Shown: piece after piece, positions 27,339 through 36,701 of the stretch
Layout: each line of letters begins with the position of its first letter
Position numbering within the stretch: the first letter of the stretch is position 1
Source: a virus
DNA: 64,000 nucleotides
IMG/VR virus record: IMGVR_UViG_3300036861_000806
Location: 26,955-90,954 of that record
Reading direction: 5' to 3' (one strand)
Position numbers and translations under genes: made by a program
The notes under the pieces: generated by a model
Told to the model about the DNA's origin: nothing
Seen by the model: the letters and a program-made list of their open reading frames with translations, nothing else
Databases searched by the model: none

Positions 27339-28039
27339 CGCCGCTCCTCCTGTAACACCGTGGTTCGGATTGAGTAGTCGAGACTCCGGCTCGCGAGCCA
27401 GCGACGCCGGCTCCGCTCCCAAGCGATGAGCAGATCGCCGGCCAGACACTCTTCGAGCCCGCCGCCCGTCGAGACGTGGAGGTCCCAGCGCTCGGCCCGC
27501 CCCTCACTCCCGCCGATTGACCCCGTGGCGTTCGTGTGATGCGCGACCGCGCGCGCGCAGGCCGCACAGCGCCAGCCGGCGACCTCCGTCGCGGTGATCA
27601 CGTGCGATCGAAACTCCAGCCAGGCCGTCGGGCCGAAATCCCAGAATCCACACGACGCGAACGCGCGCCGCGACGCGGCGTTGTCGTTGCGGATGACGGC
27701 CCAGACAAACGACGCACCCTCGCGGACGGCGTGCTCGGTCGCCAGCCGTATCACCGGGGTCGAGAGTCCGAGCCCGCGCATCTTGGGAGCCACCGTCAGA
27801 GAGATCTCGACCTCACGGGCCCAATCGAGCCGGTAGGTCGCCACGGGCTCCGTAGCCTCGACGATCATCAGTCGGCGTCGCGGATCATTGAGGCAGGCGA
27901 TCAGCCAGGCCGCGTGTTCTTCGGCCGCCACAGGCTGCTGGATGAGCGAGGCTGCTACGGTCGCCGAATCATTGCGCCACTCGAGAAGCCGAGCGGCGTC
28001 GGCAAGGGTGGCCGGGCGAGCGAATAACTCGGGGCTCAT
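27335..28039 (-). CDS. GNAT acetyltransferase (PseH-like)
   Basis: RPATLADAARLLEWRND, EEHAAWL, APKMRGLGL, NAASRRAF..CGF. Confidence 0.8.
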   Translation of the reverse strand: MSPELFARPATLADAARLLEWRNDSATVAASLIQQPVAAEEHAAWLIACLNDPRRRLMIVEATEPVATYRLDWAREVEISLTVAPKMRGLGLSTPVIRLATEHAVREGASFVWAVIRNDNAASRRAFASCGFWDFGPTAWLEFRSHVITATEVAGWRCAACARAVAHHTNATGSIGGSEGRAERWDLHVSTGGGLEECLAGDLLIAWERSRRRWLASRSLDYSIRTTVLQEERR

Positions 28040-28173
28040 TCCGCGACCTGCTTATCCGCTTGACACAGGCTCGTACTAGGCGTAGACTCCTGAGTGTAGG
28101 GCGAATCAGGTGACCGGCCCCACGACACGGGCCGGCGGACGCGGGGACCGGAGAACCGCAAGGAGCAGACGAG

Positions 28174-28866
28174 ATGCCGACCTACCTGTGCGACGACGGC
28201 AACGCCGAAGTGCGTATCGAGGCAACGTCCGCCCGCGAGGCCGCTCAGCAGTACGTGGACGACGGCGACTGGGGCGTGATCGAGGAAACCTCGTGGATCA
28301 AGGTCTACGTCGAGGAAGTCCATGGCGAGGACGAGGATGGCGACGAGATCCTCGGCGAGCGTGAGGAGCACCGCATTCGCATCGAACCCGAGGAGCCCGA
28401 GTGCACCGACGACATCCCGGATGAGCACGATTGGCAGTCGCCGATCGAGGTCGTGGGCGGCATCGAGAGCAACCCCGGCGTGTGGGGCCACGGCGGCGGC
28501 GTCATCATCCACGAGGTCTGCGCCACGTGTGGCGCTTACCGGGACACCGACACGTGGGCTCAGGACCCCCAGGACGGCACGCAGGGCCTCCGGTCGCTGA
28601 CTTACCGAGATGCGGATGAGGCATCGCGGGCGTGGCTGCGACAGCGCGCCTACGAGGACGTGGCCGAGCGGCTGCGCGACATCATCGAGGTCGCGCAGGA
28701 TGAGCACAACATCGCGCGCTCCTCTATCGACGTTAGCGGCCCCGATGAGGGCGAGGAGATGCTCGCCGAGATCCGCGCGGCTCTCGCGCCGGACTACGTG
28801 GCCGATTGGACCGGCAACGGTAACGGCGATGAGATGGACATCGTTGTCAGCCGGGTCGCCCGATGA
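28174..28866 (+). CDS. Acidic IS cargo protein
   Basis: AAGGAG RBS; very D/E rich; CxxC. Confidence 0.7.
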   Translation: MPTYLCDDGNAEVRIEATSAREAAQQYVDDGDWGVIEETSWIKVYVEEVHGEDEDGDEILGEREEHRIRIEPEEPECTDDIPDEHDWQSPIEVVGGIESNPGVWGHGGGVIIHEVCATCGAYRDTDTWAQDPQDGTQGLRSLTYRDADEASRAWLRQRAYEDVAERLRDIIEVAQDEHNIARSSIDVSGPDEGEEMLAEIRAALAPDYVADWTGNGNGDEMDIVVSRVAR

Positions 28867-29066
28867 CGCTCGGCGACCTGATCGCGTGGGAAGCGACCTA
28901 CCGGGTCTGGCTCGTGCGGTCAGTCCATGGCGACCATCCGGCGTCTCGGGAGATTTGGGCCGAAGCGCCCCTTCACGTTCGCGTCCGGCAGGCGGAGCGA
29001 TGGCTCCGCCTCGCCGAGCGGGAAGCCAAGCGGCAGGCGACGATGGCCGCGCGGCGAGGTCGGTAG
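28863..29066 (+). CDS. Small IS cargo protein
   Basis: ATGA-coupled; lies just before the transposase start. Confidence 0.5.
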   Translation: MTLGDLIAWEATYRVWLVRSVHGDHPASREIWAEAPLHVRVRQAERWLRLAEREAKRQATMAARRGR

Positions 29067-29336
29067 CATGACCCCGATCCTCGCCCGTGGCCGTCCCGAG
29101 TACCCCAAGACCCTGAAGGACTTCATCAAGCTCTTCCCCGACGACGCGGCGTGCTGGCGCTACCTCGTCTCCTGCCGCTGGCCGCACGGCTTCATCTGGC
29201 AACGATATACTTGGCTCAGTAGCCCCGCCCGCGACGCTGGGCGAAGTGCCCTCTCTGCGGGGCGGTCGCGGCCCGCCAAACCCAGCCCGATAATAGGCAC
29301 TTGACTCATCCATCATTAGGCAGTACACTCAGCGGC

Positions 29337-30317
29337 ATGGAAGAGACGACGGTCCGCTCCCCGAAGACGCTGATTGAGGCGATCCGCTACTACTCGGACC
29401 CCGACGTGTGCCTGACCACGATGGTCGAGGCCCGTTGGCCGAAGGGCGTGACGTGCCCGACGTGCGGCGCTGCCAACCCGCGTTTCATCTCCACTCGGCG
29501 CATATGGGAGTGCCGCGATAAGCACCCGCGTCGACAGTTCTCGGCCAAGGTCGGGACGATCTTCGAGGATTCGCCCCTGCCGCTGGAGAAGTGGTTTCCC
29601 GCCGTCTGGCTGATCGCCAACGCCAAGAACGGGGTCAGCTCGCACGAGCTCGGCCGCGCCCTTGGCGTCACGCAGAAGACCGCGTGGTTCATGCTCCATA
29701 GGATTCGGCTGGCGATGAAGGCCGGAACGTTCCTCAAGCTCTCCGGCAAGGTCGAGGCGGATGAGACGTTCATCGGCCCGGACCCGAAGAAGATGCACCG
29801 CGACCGCCTGGAGGCCCGCCGCAAGGCCAAGGGCCTGGAAGACGGCTACGTGTCCAAGACCATCGTGGCGGGCCTGCTGGAGCGTCCCACGAAAGGCACC
29901 AAGGCCAAGAGCCGCGTCCATGCCGAAGTGGTGGACACGACGCGGGCCTGGGATCTGATCCCGCAAATCAAGGACAACGTCACGCCCGGCAGCGAGTTGA
30001 TTACCGACATGAACCGCTCGTATTGGGCCGCCCGCGACGAGTACATTCACAGCGTGATCGACCACACGCAGATGTACGTGAAGGGCCACGTCCACACCAA
30101 CGGGATCGAAAACTTCTGGAGCCTGCTCAAGCGGATGATCCACGGCACCTACGTCGGCGTCGCGTCGTTCCATCTCGGCGCCTACGTGGACGAGGAAGTC
30201 TTCCGCTTCAACGAGCGCGGCGACGATGACGGCGGGCGCTTCGGCACGGTGCTCCGTCAGGTCACGGGCCGGCGGATCGACTACGCGACGCTCACCGGCA
30301 AGATCGCGATGGCGTAG
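29337..30317 (+). CDS. IS1595 transposase (intact)
   Basis: CPTCG, VEADETFIG, LITD, HTNGIENFWSLLKR, YVDEEVFRFN. Confidence 0.95.
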   Translation: MEETTVRSPKTLIEAIRYYSDPDVCLTTMVEARWPKGVTCPTCGAANPRFISTRRIWECRDKHPRRQFSAKVGTIFEDSPLPLEKWFPAVWLIANAKNGVSSHELGRALGVTQKTAWFMLHRIRLAMKAGTFLKLSGKVEADETFIGPDPKKMHRDRLEARRKAKGLEDGYVSKTIVAGLLERPTKGTKAKSRVHAEVVDTTRAWDLIPQIKDNVTPGSELITDMNRSYWAARDEYIHSVIDHTQMYVKGHVHTNGIENFWSLLKRMIHGTYVGVASFHLGAYVDEEVFRFNERGDDDGGRFGTVLRQVTGRRIDYATLTGKIAMA

Positions 30318-30327
30318 GAGAGAGATC

Positions 30328-30495
30328 ATGAGCAAGAAACCGCCCGATCCGTCACCGCCGCCGAAGCGGACGGCGGAAGACCAGAAGTTTTTTGGCCTGC
30401 TGAAAAAGCTCGTGCAGGTGCCGAAGAGCGAGGTTGACGAGAAGCGCGCCGAGCACCGGAAAACCCGGAAGCGACGGCGGACGAAGCCGGCCTAA
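30328..30495 (+). CDS. Small basic IS1595-associated peptide
   Basis: GGAGAG RBS; KFFGLLKKLVQVPKSEVDEK. Confidence 0.65.
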   Translation: MSKKPPDPSPPPKRTAEDQKFFGLLKKLVQVPKSEVDEKRAEHRKTRKRRRTKPA

Positions 30496-30521
30496 CGAGC
30501 GCGTTTACCCGAAGGATGTTC

Positions 30522-31256
30522 TCACGCATTCTGTAGTATTGGGCGTCCCTCGGCATCGTAGACAAGATTGAATCGCGCGACTACTTCCGCGATGCCGTCG
30601 GCACGTGCAGAGATCGTCACGACATAATTTATTGCCTGCACAACCAACGGTGCAAAGAGTCCCTCTATTTGCAGTCGTAGTGGTCGAGTATCCCAGGCGC
30701 AGATGATCAGATTTACATGGTCCTCGTTGCCGCCATGCTGAACGGAATGCCGAATTATCCACTCTTGTCCTGGACCGCTTCGCCGAAGTGCTTGCTCGCC
30801 CATTCTGTCTGAATCAGGATCAAGACGTACGGATACCAGTGGGTTATGAATTGCCGGGAGTCCTGGATTGCGCACACTAATTCTCAGGACCCGCCGATTG
30901 CCCGAGAGATCGTCCAAACACCACTGACATGCCGGATTATGCGTTACCACCAATCGCGGCTCGCGTTCCTGTTCTAGAACACTAATCCGCTGTAAGTGAG
31001 AATCAGCGGCAAACCGTTCTTTGCTGATTGCCCGATGCGCCCCGAGATAAATACTGGCCATGATTAGCGCAACCGCGAGATAAGGGCTATACGGATTCAG
31101 GACCTCAAAATATCTGGCTACAAATGTTCCGGCTTTAGGACCAAGAATGCCTTCTCCCAGCACCCACACGATAATACCGGCACACGTGAATGCGATTGAT
31201 CCAGCGTTAAACATTTCTTTGAGAACCAGACGCGCTGTCTCTCGGTGTTTGATCAT
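30522..31256 (-). CDS. Low-GC two-TM IS cargo protein
   Basis: Two N-terminal hydrophobic helices plus a soluble domain; visibly lower GC than its surroundings. Confidence 0.7.
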   Translation of the reverse strand: MIKHRETARLVLKEMFNAGSIAFTCAGIIVWVLGEGILGPKAGTFVARYFEVLNPYSPYLAVALIMASIYLGAHRAISKERFAADSHLQRISVLEQEREPRLVVTHNPACQWCLDDLSGNRRVLRISVRNPGLPAIHNPLVSVRLDPDSDRMGEQALRRSGPGQEWIIRHSVQHGGNEDHVNLIICAWDTRPLRLQIEGLFAPLVVQAINYVVTISARADGIAEVVARFNLVYDAEGRPILQNA

Positions 31257-32141
31257 GGCTCCGGCAACCTCCTACTTGGCCGAGTACAGTAGCACTGTTA
31301 CTGAGCCAAGTATATCGTTGCCCTTCGTCTGCGCAACATGCGGCGAGCCGCGGCACTATTTCGTCCAGCAGAGAAAGCTCTTCGAGTGCGCGGCCGGCCA
31401 CCAAACGAGCGTGACGGCCGGGACCGTCCTGCACCGCACGCGGATGCCGCTCACGACATGGTTTTGGGCGGCCTATCTCATCACCACGCACAGGCCCGGC
31501 CAGTCGGCCCTCCAGCTCGCGCGCCAGCTCGACTTGCGGTACGAGACGGCATTCCAGATCGGGCAGAAGCTCCGGGCCGGCATGGTCAACCCCGAGCGCG
31601 GTCGTTTGTCGGGCATTGTCGAGGTCGACGACTCCTACATCGGCGGCCGGCAGGCCGGTCCTGGGGGTCGTGGAGCCCGCGGCAAGGCGATGGTGATTGC
31701 CGCCGTCGAGCGCCGCGACACGCGGGCCGGGCGCCTCCGCTTGCGCCAGATCCCCAGCGCGACCACGACCGACGTGCTGCGCTTCATCGAGGATTCGTGC
31801 GAGCCTGGAACGCGCGTCGTCACCGATGGGCTCGGCGCCTACACCGCCCTCCGCGACACGGGCTACAAGCACGACGTGGTGACCGGTGAGACGCAAGTCG
31901 AGATCGCGGAAGGACTGCCCCACGTTCACCGGGTGTTCGGCAACCTGAAAGCCTGGCTGATCGGCACGCATCACGGCGTCTCCCCGAAGCACTTGCAGGG
32001 GTATCTCAATGAATTCACGTTCCGATTCAATCGCCGCCGCATGCCCATGGCCGCCTTTCAGACCGCGCTCGGTCTCGGGGCGAGCGTGCCCGGCCCGACG
32101 TACCGGCAGGTCTACCGCGTTGGGCGAATCGGGGAATGGCG

Positions 32142-32450
32142 TCACCCCAACCCCTCGCGCACGCCTGAGTTATTCGGATAAGCATGTTCCGCGATGGTGG
32201 TCCAGTAAGCCTCTAGCTCCCGGCGAATCGCGACCGCATGGGGTGCTTTCCACAGATCGTCACCTGTGACGATATCGCGGACGATGATGGTGGACGGGCC
32301 GCCCGCTTTTATAATGGCCTTCCCCTCGGCTATTGCCTTCGTCAAGGAGCGAGACGCCGCGAACTTCTGCGTAACCCTCCCATCTAAGCTTTCAATCGCA
32401 CAGACCTGGTAGCGGGTTGTTCGCAATCGACGCCTCCCTCTGTCAGTCAT
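32142..32450 (-). CDS. Hypothetical protein whose stop codon was displaced by IS element B
   Basis: MTDRGRRR...WTTIAE; removing the IS restores GAA TGA overlapping the GNAT ATG. Confidence 0.55.
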   Translation of the reverse strand: MTDRGRRRLRTTRYQVCAIESLDGRVTQKFAASRSLTKAIAEGKAIIKAGGPSTIIVRDIVTGDDLWKAPHAVAIRRELEAYWTTIAEHAYPNNSGVREGLG

Positions 32451-33432
32451 CGGGGTCCGTCTCCCTGAGCATGTCCACCAGCTCGTCGACCTCAATCCAG
32501 CGCACGGGCTGATCCGACGCGTAGATCTTGCCGAACAGCTCGTAGCCCACTGGCCGCGGGAACGACTCGCGCCACGAATGATAGGACGGCAGAATGATCA
32601 TCGCGTCGTCGCGGGCCCACGTCCGGGGTGCCTCTTCCGGCGTGACCAGCATCTCGTCCAGTTTCTCGCCGCCCCCTCGTGAGCCGATGACAACGATCTC
32701 GGGGGCCACAGCGCCATACATCCTGGCGGTGGCATGCGCCAGATCGCCGACCGTCGCTGCGGGGAGACGCGGGACGAAGATCTCCGCCCCCTCCATCGCC
32801 GCGAGGGCGGAGAGGCAGAACTCGACGGCTTGGCGTTGCGTGATCACGAAGCGTGACATGGCCGGGTCCGTCACGGTAAGCGGCGCGCCACGCCGGAGCT
32901 GATCAAGCCAGATCTCGGTGACCGACCCCGTGGACCCGAGCACGTTGCCCCAGCGCGTGCAGCTAATCGTCAGACCCCGCGGGGCTGTAATCGCGTTCGA
33001 TGCGACCGCCTCATGCTCCATCTGGGCCTTACTCGCGCCATAGCTCGTGCTGGGCGCGGCGGCCTTGTCCGAGCTGATCATCAGCACGCGTTTCACGCCA
33101 GCGGCGAGGGCGGCCGAGATCACGTTGGCGGAACCGGCCACGTTTGTCTTCCGCACTTCACCGGGGTTGTCGGCGACGGCGTCGATGCGTTTTAACGCGG
33201 CGCAGTGCGCCACCGTGTCGCATCCCCACATCGCCTCCTCGAGACGCTCCCGGTCACGCACGTCGCCAAGGAAGAAATGCGCGTTGGCGTATGCGCGAAA
33301 TCGCGACGCGATGATCGCCTGACGCGATTCGCTCCGGCTATACAGCACGACGCGGTCGGCGCCCCCCACCAGCAACGCCCGGGCGAGCGCCCGGCCGAAG
33401 AAGCCTGTCCCGCCGGTTATGAGGACTCTCAT
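32443..33432 (-). CDS. pseB: UDP-GlcNAc 4,6-dehydratase (PseB/FlaA1-like)
   Basis: LITGGTGFFG, GDVRD, HCAALK, ISSDKA, YGASK, RWGNVLGSTGSV, TDPAMSRF, GEKLDE. Confidence 0.9.
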   Translation of the reverse strand: MRVLITGGTGFFGRALARALLVGGADRVVLYSRSESRQAIIASRFRAYANAHFFLGDVRDRERLEEAMWGCDTVAHCAALKRIDAVADNPGEVRKTNVAGSANVISAALAAGVKRVLMISSDKAAAPSTSYGASKAQMEHEAVASNAITAPRGLTISCTRWGNVLGSTGSVTEIWLDQLRRGAPLTVTDPAMSRFVITQRQAVEFCLSALAAMEGAEIFVPRLPAATVGDLAHATARMYGAVAPEIVVIGSRGGGEKLDEMLVTPEEAPRTWARDDAMIILPSYHSWRESFPRPVGYELFGKIYASDQPVRWIEVDELVDMLRETDPDD

Positions 33433-33489
33433 CTCGCCTCCTTTACCATTCGTTCACGGCATCGCACTCGCCGACAACATTGCTGGTCC

Positions 33490-33536
33490 GTACATTACGC
33501 CAGAGTCTGGATTCCGGTCAACCACGCGGTAGACGG
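33490..33536 (-). promoter_or_regulatory. Conserved motif copy 2 with sigma70-like promoter
   Basis: CCGTCTACCGCGTGG-TTGACC-N18-TAATGT upstream of pseB. Confidence 0.65.
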
Positions 33537-33626
33537 GCAACCGGTGGAGGACCCGACCCCGATACTCCCGCCAACCAGCGGATTCCCCTCACGATATCGC
33601 TACTTTACCCGGCAGACGATTTCCCC

Positions 33627-33656
33627 TTGACAGTGGTCATGATTATCGTCTATGCT
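33627..33656 (+). promoter_or_regulatory. Sigma70-like promoter for the plus-strand island
   Basis: TTGACA-N18-TATGCT. Confidence 0.55.
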
Positions 33657-33742
33657 ATGTACATGATGATGAGCAGCCACGCAGGGACAGCGAGCCTAGA
33701 AGACATCGGCCACGCGCAGCACACCATTACACGGGAGGCTCC

Positions 33743-35038
33743 AATGCTCAGCACCCCACGGTCCGCTGGGATCACCGCCACACACATCACGTATTTTGCG
33801 GTGGCCGAGAACGCCGAGGGAAAGATCGGCCAATTATTCATAACGGCAGAGCGACGGGCTAACCGCGCCGGGGCAGGGGCTCGCACGGTCTCACAGGAAT
33901 GGACCGGGGCCACGTACCCGTCCATGCGTGCCGCGTGCAAGGATCTGAGCCGCCTGAACGCGATCAGCACCCCGGCGGGGGTCGCATCATCGGAGCAGAA
34001 GTAAACGGCACGGGCAGCCCACGTGCAGCACACCCTACCCGACGAGGAGATATTAGGCGATGCGTAAGATACAAACCAACATCACGAGGAAGACATGTTC
34101 CGCATTGGTTTCAGGCCAGAATGTCTGCACACGGCCCGTCGGTCATAACGGAGAGCACCGATGCAAGGCGTCCGACGTGGATGCGCGTCGGCTCCTGGGA
34201 GATCACGAGTGGGAGAGCCTGAGCGTAGACCAAGAAGCATCCGGTCGATGAGCGTCTCCCGCCCCTGCGAGCAGTGCGACACGGTACGGCGCTGCCGGAT
34301 GTTCATCGACGGCACCACGGGGCGACCGGTCTACCTCTGTGGCGCCTGTGCGCGGGAGTTGGGGTATGACCGGGCGCCGATGCAGCTAGGCATACCACCC
34401 TGCGTGATTGGACAGCGACGGAGAGGAGGACACTCAATGAAGCTGCCCGTGCTGACCTGCCAGCGCTGTGGCCACGCGTGGATTCCGAGACAAGACAAGG
34501 TCTGGGTCTGCGCCAAGTGTCATTCTCCGAAGTGGAACGAGCCGATGACGAAACGTCAGACAAAGGGGGTGGCGCGGTGAGCGAATTGTTGCTCCGCGAA
34601 GACGAGCGCACGTATTTGGCCGACTCCACGCGCTGCGACGCGTGCGGTCACTTGGAGGCGTTGCACAACAATCACTGCTGCACGTTCTGCATTGTGCCTG
34701 GATGCCGATGCCGGTGGGGAGAATTGTGGTAAGAGCCATTATACCGATCGGGTGATCGGGAGGGTGCGGTGAGGTTTTTCGATTGACTCACAATGGATAA
34801 GGGGGCTGACGTGACGACTACAACTGAGGCTGAGGCGGCCGAGGAACTCCACATCACGATCTCGCACGACGAGTTCCTGGAGATGGTGCGCTCGCGGTAT
34901 GCCGTTCCAGAGGGATTCGGGTTCCGCATGATTATCGAGAGCAAGAGATCGTACGCCGACAAGTTCAGCGCGCCGGAGACCATGCGGATGATTTTTCAAC
35001 GCCAGGTCCCAGTTTCTTCGCTGAGAGAAAAGCCGTGA
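33743..35038 (+). other. Cluster of ~6 tiny plus-strand ORFs, several Cys-rich (Zn-ribbon-like)
   Basis: E.g. 33743-34004, 34060-34251, 34437-34580 (CQRCG..CAKC), 34577-34732, 34793-35038; RBSs and overlaps present. Confidence 0.55.
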
Positions 35039-35673
35039 CGCGGGCGGCGCTCTACGCCCGCGTGAGTACGACCGACCAGCACGCCGAGAATCAGCTCGCG
35101 ATGCTCCGCGCCTACGCCCTCGCGCGTGGATGGGAGGCCATCGAGTACGTCGACCACATAAGCGGGGCGAAGGAACGACGCAAGGCGCTCGATGTGCTCG
35201 TGGCCGCAGCGCGTGGCCGCAAGATAGACGTCGTCGTCTGTGTGAAGCTCGATCGCTTGGCGCGCTCGCTCCGCCATCTCGTCACACTCGTTGCCGAGTG
35301 GGAGGCTCTCGGGATCCAGTTCGTCGTCACCGATCAGGCCATCGATACGACCACGCCAGTAGGGCGCTTCACGTTTCACGTGCTCGCCGCTGTCGCGGAA
35401 TTCGAGCGCGAGCTGATCCGAGAGCGCGTCGTGGCCGGCATGCGGCGGGCGAAGGCGGCCGGGAAACACTGCGGACGGCCGCGGCTGCACATGATCGACG
35501 GACGGAAGGCGGTTGCCCTCACGGAGCGGAACGGCGTCAGCGCGGCAGCTCGAGCCCTCGGGGTCCATCACCAGGTCGTCACCCGGGCCATCGCTCGCAC
35601 AAAGGGTGCGGTTGAGCAGGCTCGTAAGCGGTCGGCGGCGCAAGCGCGAACAAGGTCCGGACCGGGGTCATAA
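35035..35673 (+). CDS. Serine resolvase/invertase
   Basis: LYARVST, ISGAKERR, KLDRLARS, AEFERELIRER, GRP, C-terminal HTH. Confidence 0.95.
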   Translation: MTRAALYARVSTTDQHAENQLAMLRAYALARGWEAIEYVDHISGAKERRKALDVLVAAARGRKIDVVVCVKLDRLARSLRHLVTLVAEWEALGIQFVVTDQAIDTTTPVGRFTFHVLAAVAEFERELIRERVVAGMRRAKAAGKHCGRPRLHMIDGRKAVALTERNGVSAAARALGVHHQVVTRAIARTKGAVEQARKRSAAQARTRSGPGS

Positions 35674-35909
35674 AAAGGATTTCCTTTGTGCGAGGGATTC
35701 GCGCCCCGCGTCGCGTGGCCATTCGCTCCTCTCGTAACGTCGCGCTCCGTGGCCACCAAGGCCCCTACACGCGATTTGCTCGCGCGCGCGCGCGTAGGTA
35801 GATATACCGACCCCCCTCCCGCTATCCTGACCCTCCCCTGACCGAGATCTCGCGCCCAGGGAACTCCTACGCTGCGACAGGGGCCTTCCTGGGGGCACCG
35901 GGAGGCGCT

Positions 35910-36626
35910 TCATGCCTCCTTAGCCTCTCTCAACGGGGTAGCGACGCGCTGAGTTTGTCCGGTTCGCATGTCGTTCGCATCTGCTCCGGCTCGCAATAAG
36001 GCTGGCAGGATCGCCCTGCCTCGCTCCGCATCTGCTGCGCATGTAGCGCACATGGACTCGCCGAGCCCGACGTGGTCGCAGAGCGGCCGCTTTTCCGAAG
36101 CCTGGCTGCAAGCCACTTCGAAGGGGGTAGGGGGATTAGATTCGATAGGATTAGATACTTGCTTGAAGCCATCGTTAAGCTTTGGCTTGCCTGAGGCTGA
36201 AGCCTCGGCTTGACCCTTAGCCTTACCAATGGCCTTAGCCCTGGCTGTAGCCTGACCTCCACGTTGACCAGCCTCACGGAGAGCATTTATAGTCGCCGCC
36301 GAGTAGTTGTGCTCCGTGAAGTCGTGGACCTGATAGCCACCGTCTCGAGGCTCCCACAGACCATGCTCTTTCCGACCACGTGCTCTAACTAGAGCGTCGG
36401 CTAGCTTGACCGCCATCGGCTTGGCGACATCAGCATCGGCCGCGAGTTTCACCACCATGGTCAATGGAATCGCACCGTCCGTACGATGCTTCGCGCACCA
36501 TGTGTTCACCTTAGCCCACAGAAATCCGGCGGCCATGCGTTCGATCGGCTTGAGCAGCGCATCGCTCTCAAGGGCCAGGAACTTCTCGTGGTCAAGCATG
36601 CTGTCCTTGGTGGTCGCGAAAGCCAC
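35910..36626 (-). CDS. Putative phage replication initiator / replisome organiser
   Basis: HEKFLAL, WC....TDG, GLWE..DGGYQVHDFTEHN followed by a low-complexity linker. Confidence 0.65.
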   Translation of the reverse strand: MAFATTKDSMLDHEKFLALESDALLKPIERMAAGFLWAKVNTWCAKHRTDGAIPLTMVVKLAADADVAKPMAVKLADALVRARGRKEHGLWEPRDGGYQVHDFTEHNYSAATINALREAGQRGGQATARAKAIGKAKGQAEASASGKPKLNDGFKQVSNPIESNPPTPFEVACSQASEKRPLCDHVGLGESMCATCAADAERGRAILPALLRAGADANDMRTGQTQRVATPLREAKEA

Positions 36627-36701
36627 GGCTATGCTCCCCCTACGGGTGATACATCCCGAACACCTCTCTCGCCCGCTTCCCATCCCGCTCGCTCGGCTCG
36701 C

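Larger units (their letters stand above)
29198..31322 (+). mobile_element. IS1595-family element A (inner, intact)
   Basis: Perfect 24-bp TIR GGCAACGATATACTTGGCTCAGTA; TSD CTTCATCT / CTTCGTCT (1 mismatch). Confidence 0.95.
29068..32181 (+). pseudogene. IS1595 transposase B split by element A (N-part 29068-29197, C-part 31323-32181)
   Basis: MTPILARGRPEYPKTLKDFIKLFPDDAACWRYLVSCRWPHG joins FVCATCG...VEVDDSYIGG...VTDG...GVSPKHLQGYLNEFTFRFNRR when A is removed. Confidence 0.9.
28047..32186 (+). mobile_element. IS1595-family element B (outer), interrupted by element A
   Basis: Imperfect 24-bp TIRs CCTGCTTATCCGCTTGACACAGGC / CATGCTTATCCGAATAACTCAGGC; perfect TSD TTCCGCGA (28039-28046, 32187-32194). 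Confidence 0.9.

Noticed and set aside
28036-32145. Long minus-strand ORFs 28036-29328, 29316-30335, 31207-32145
   Set aside because: Antisense shadows of high-GC transposase and cargo genes, with no motifs.
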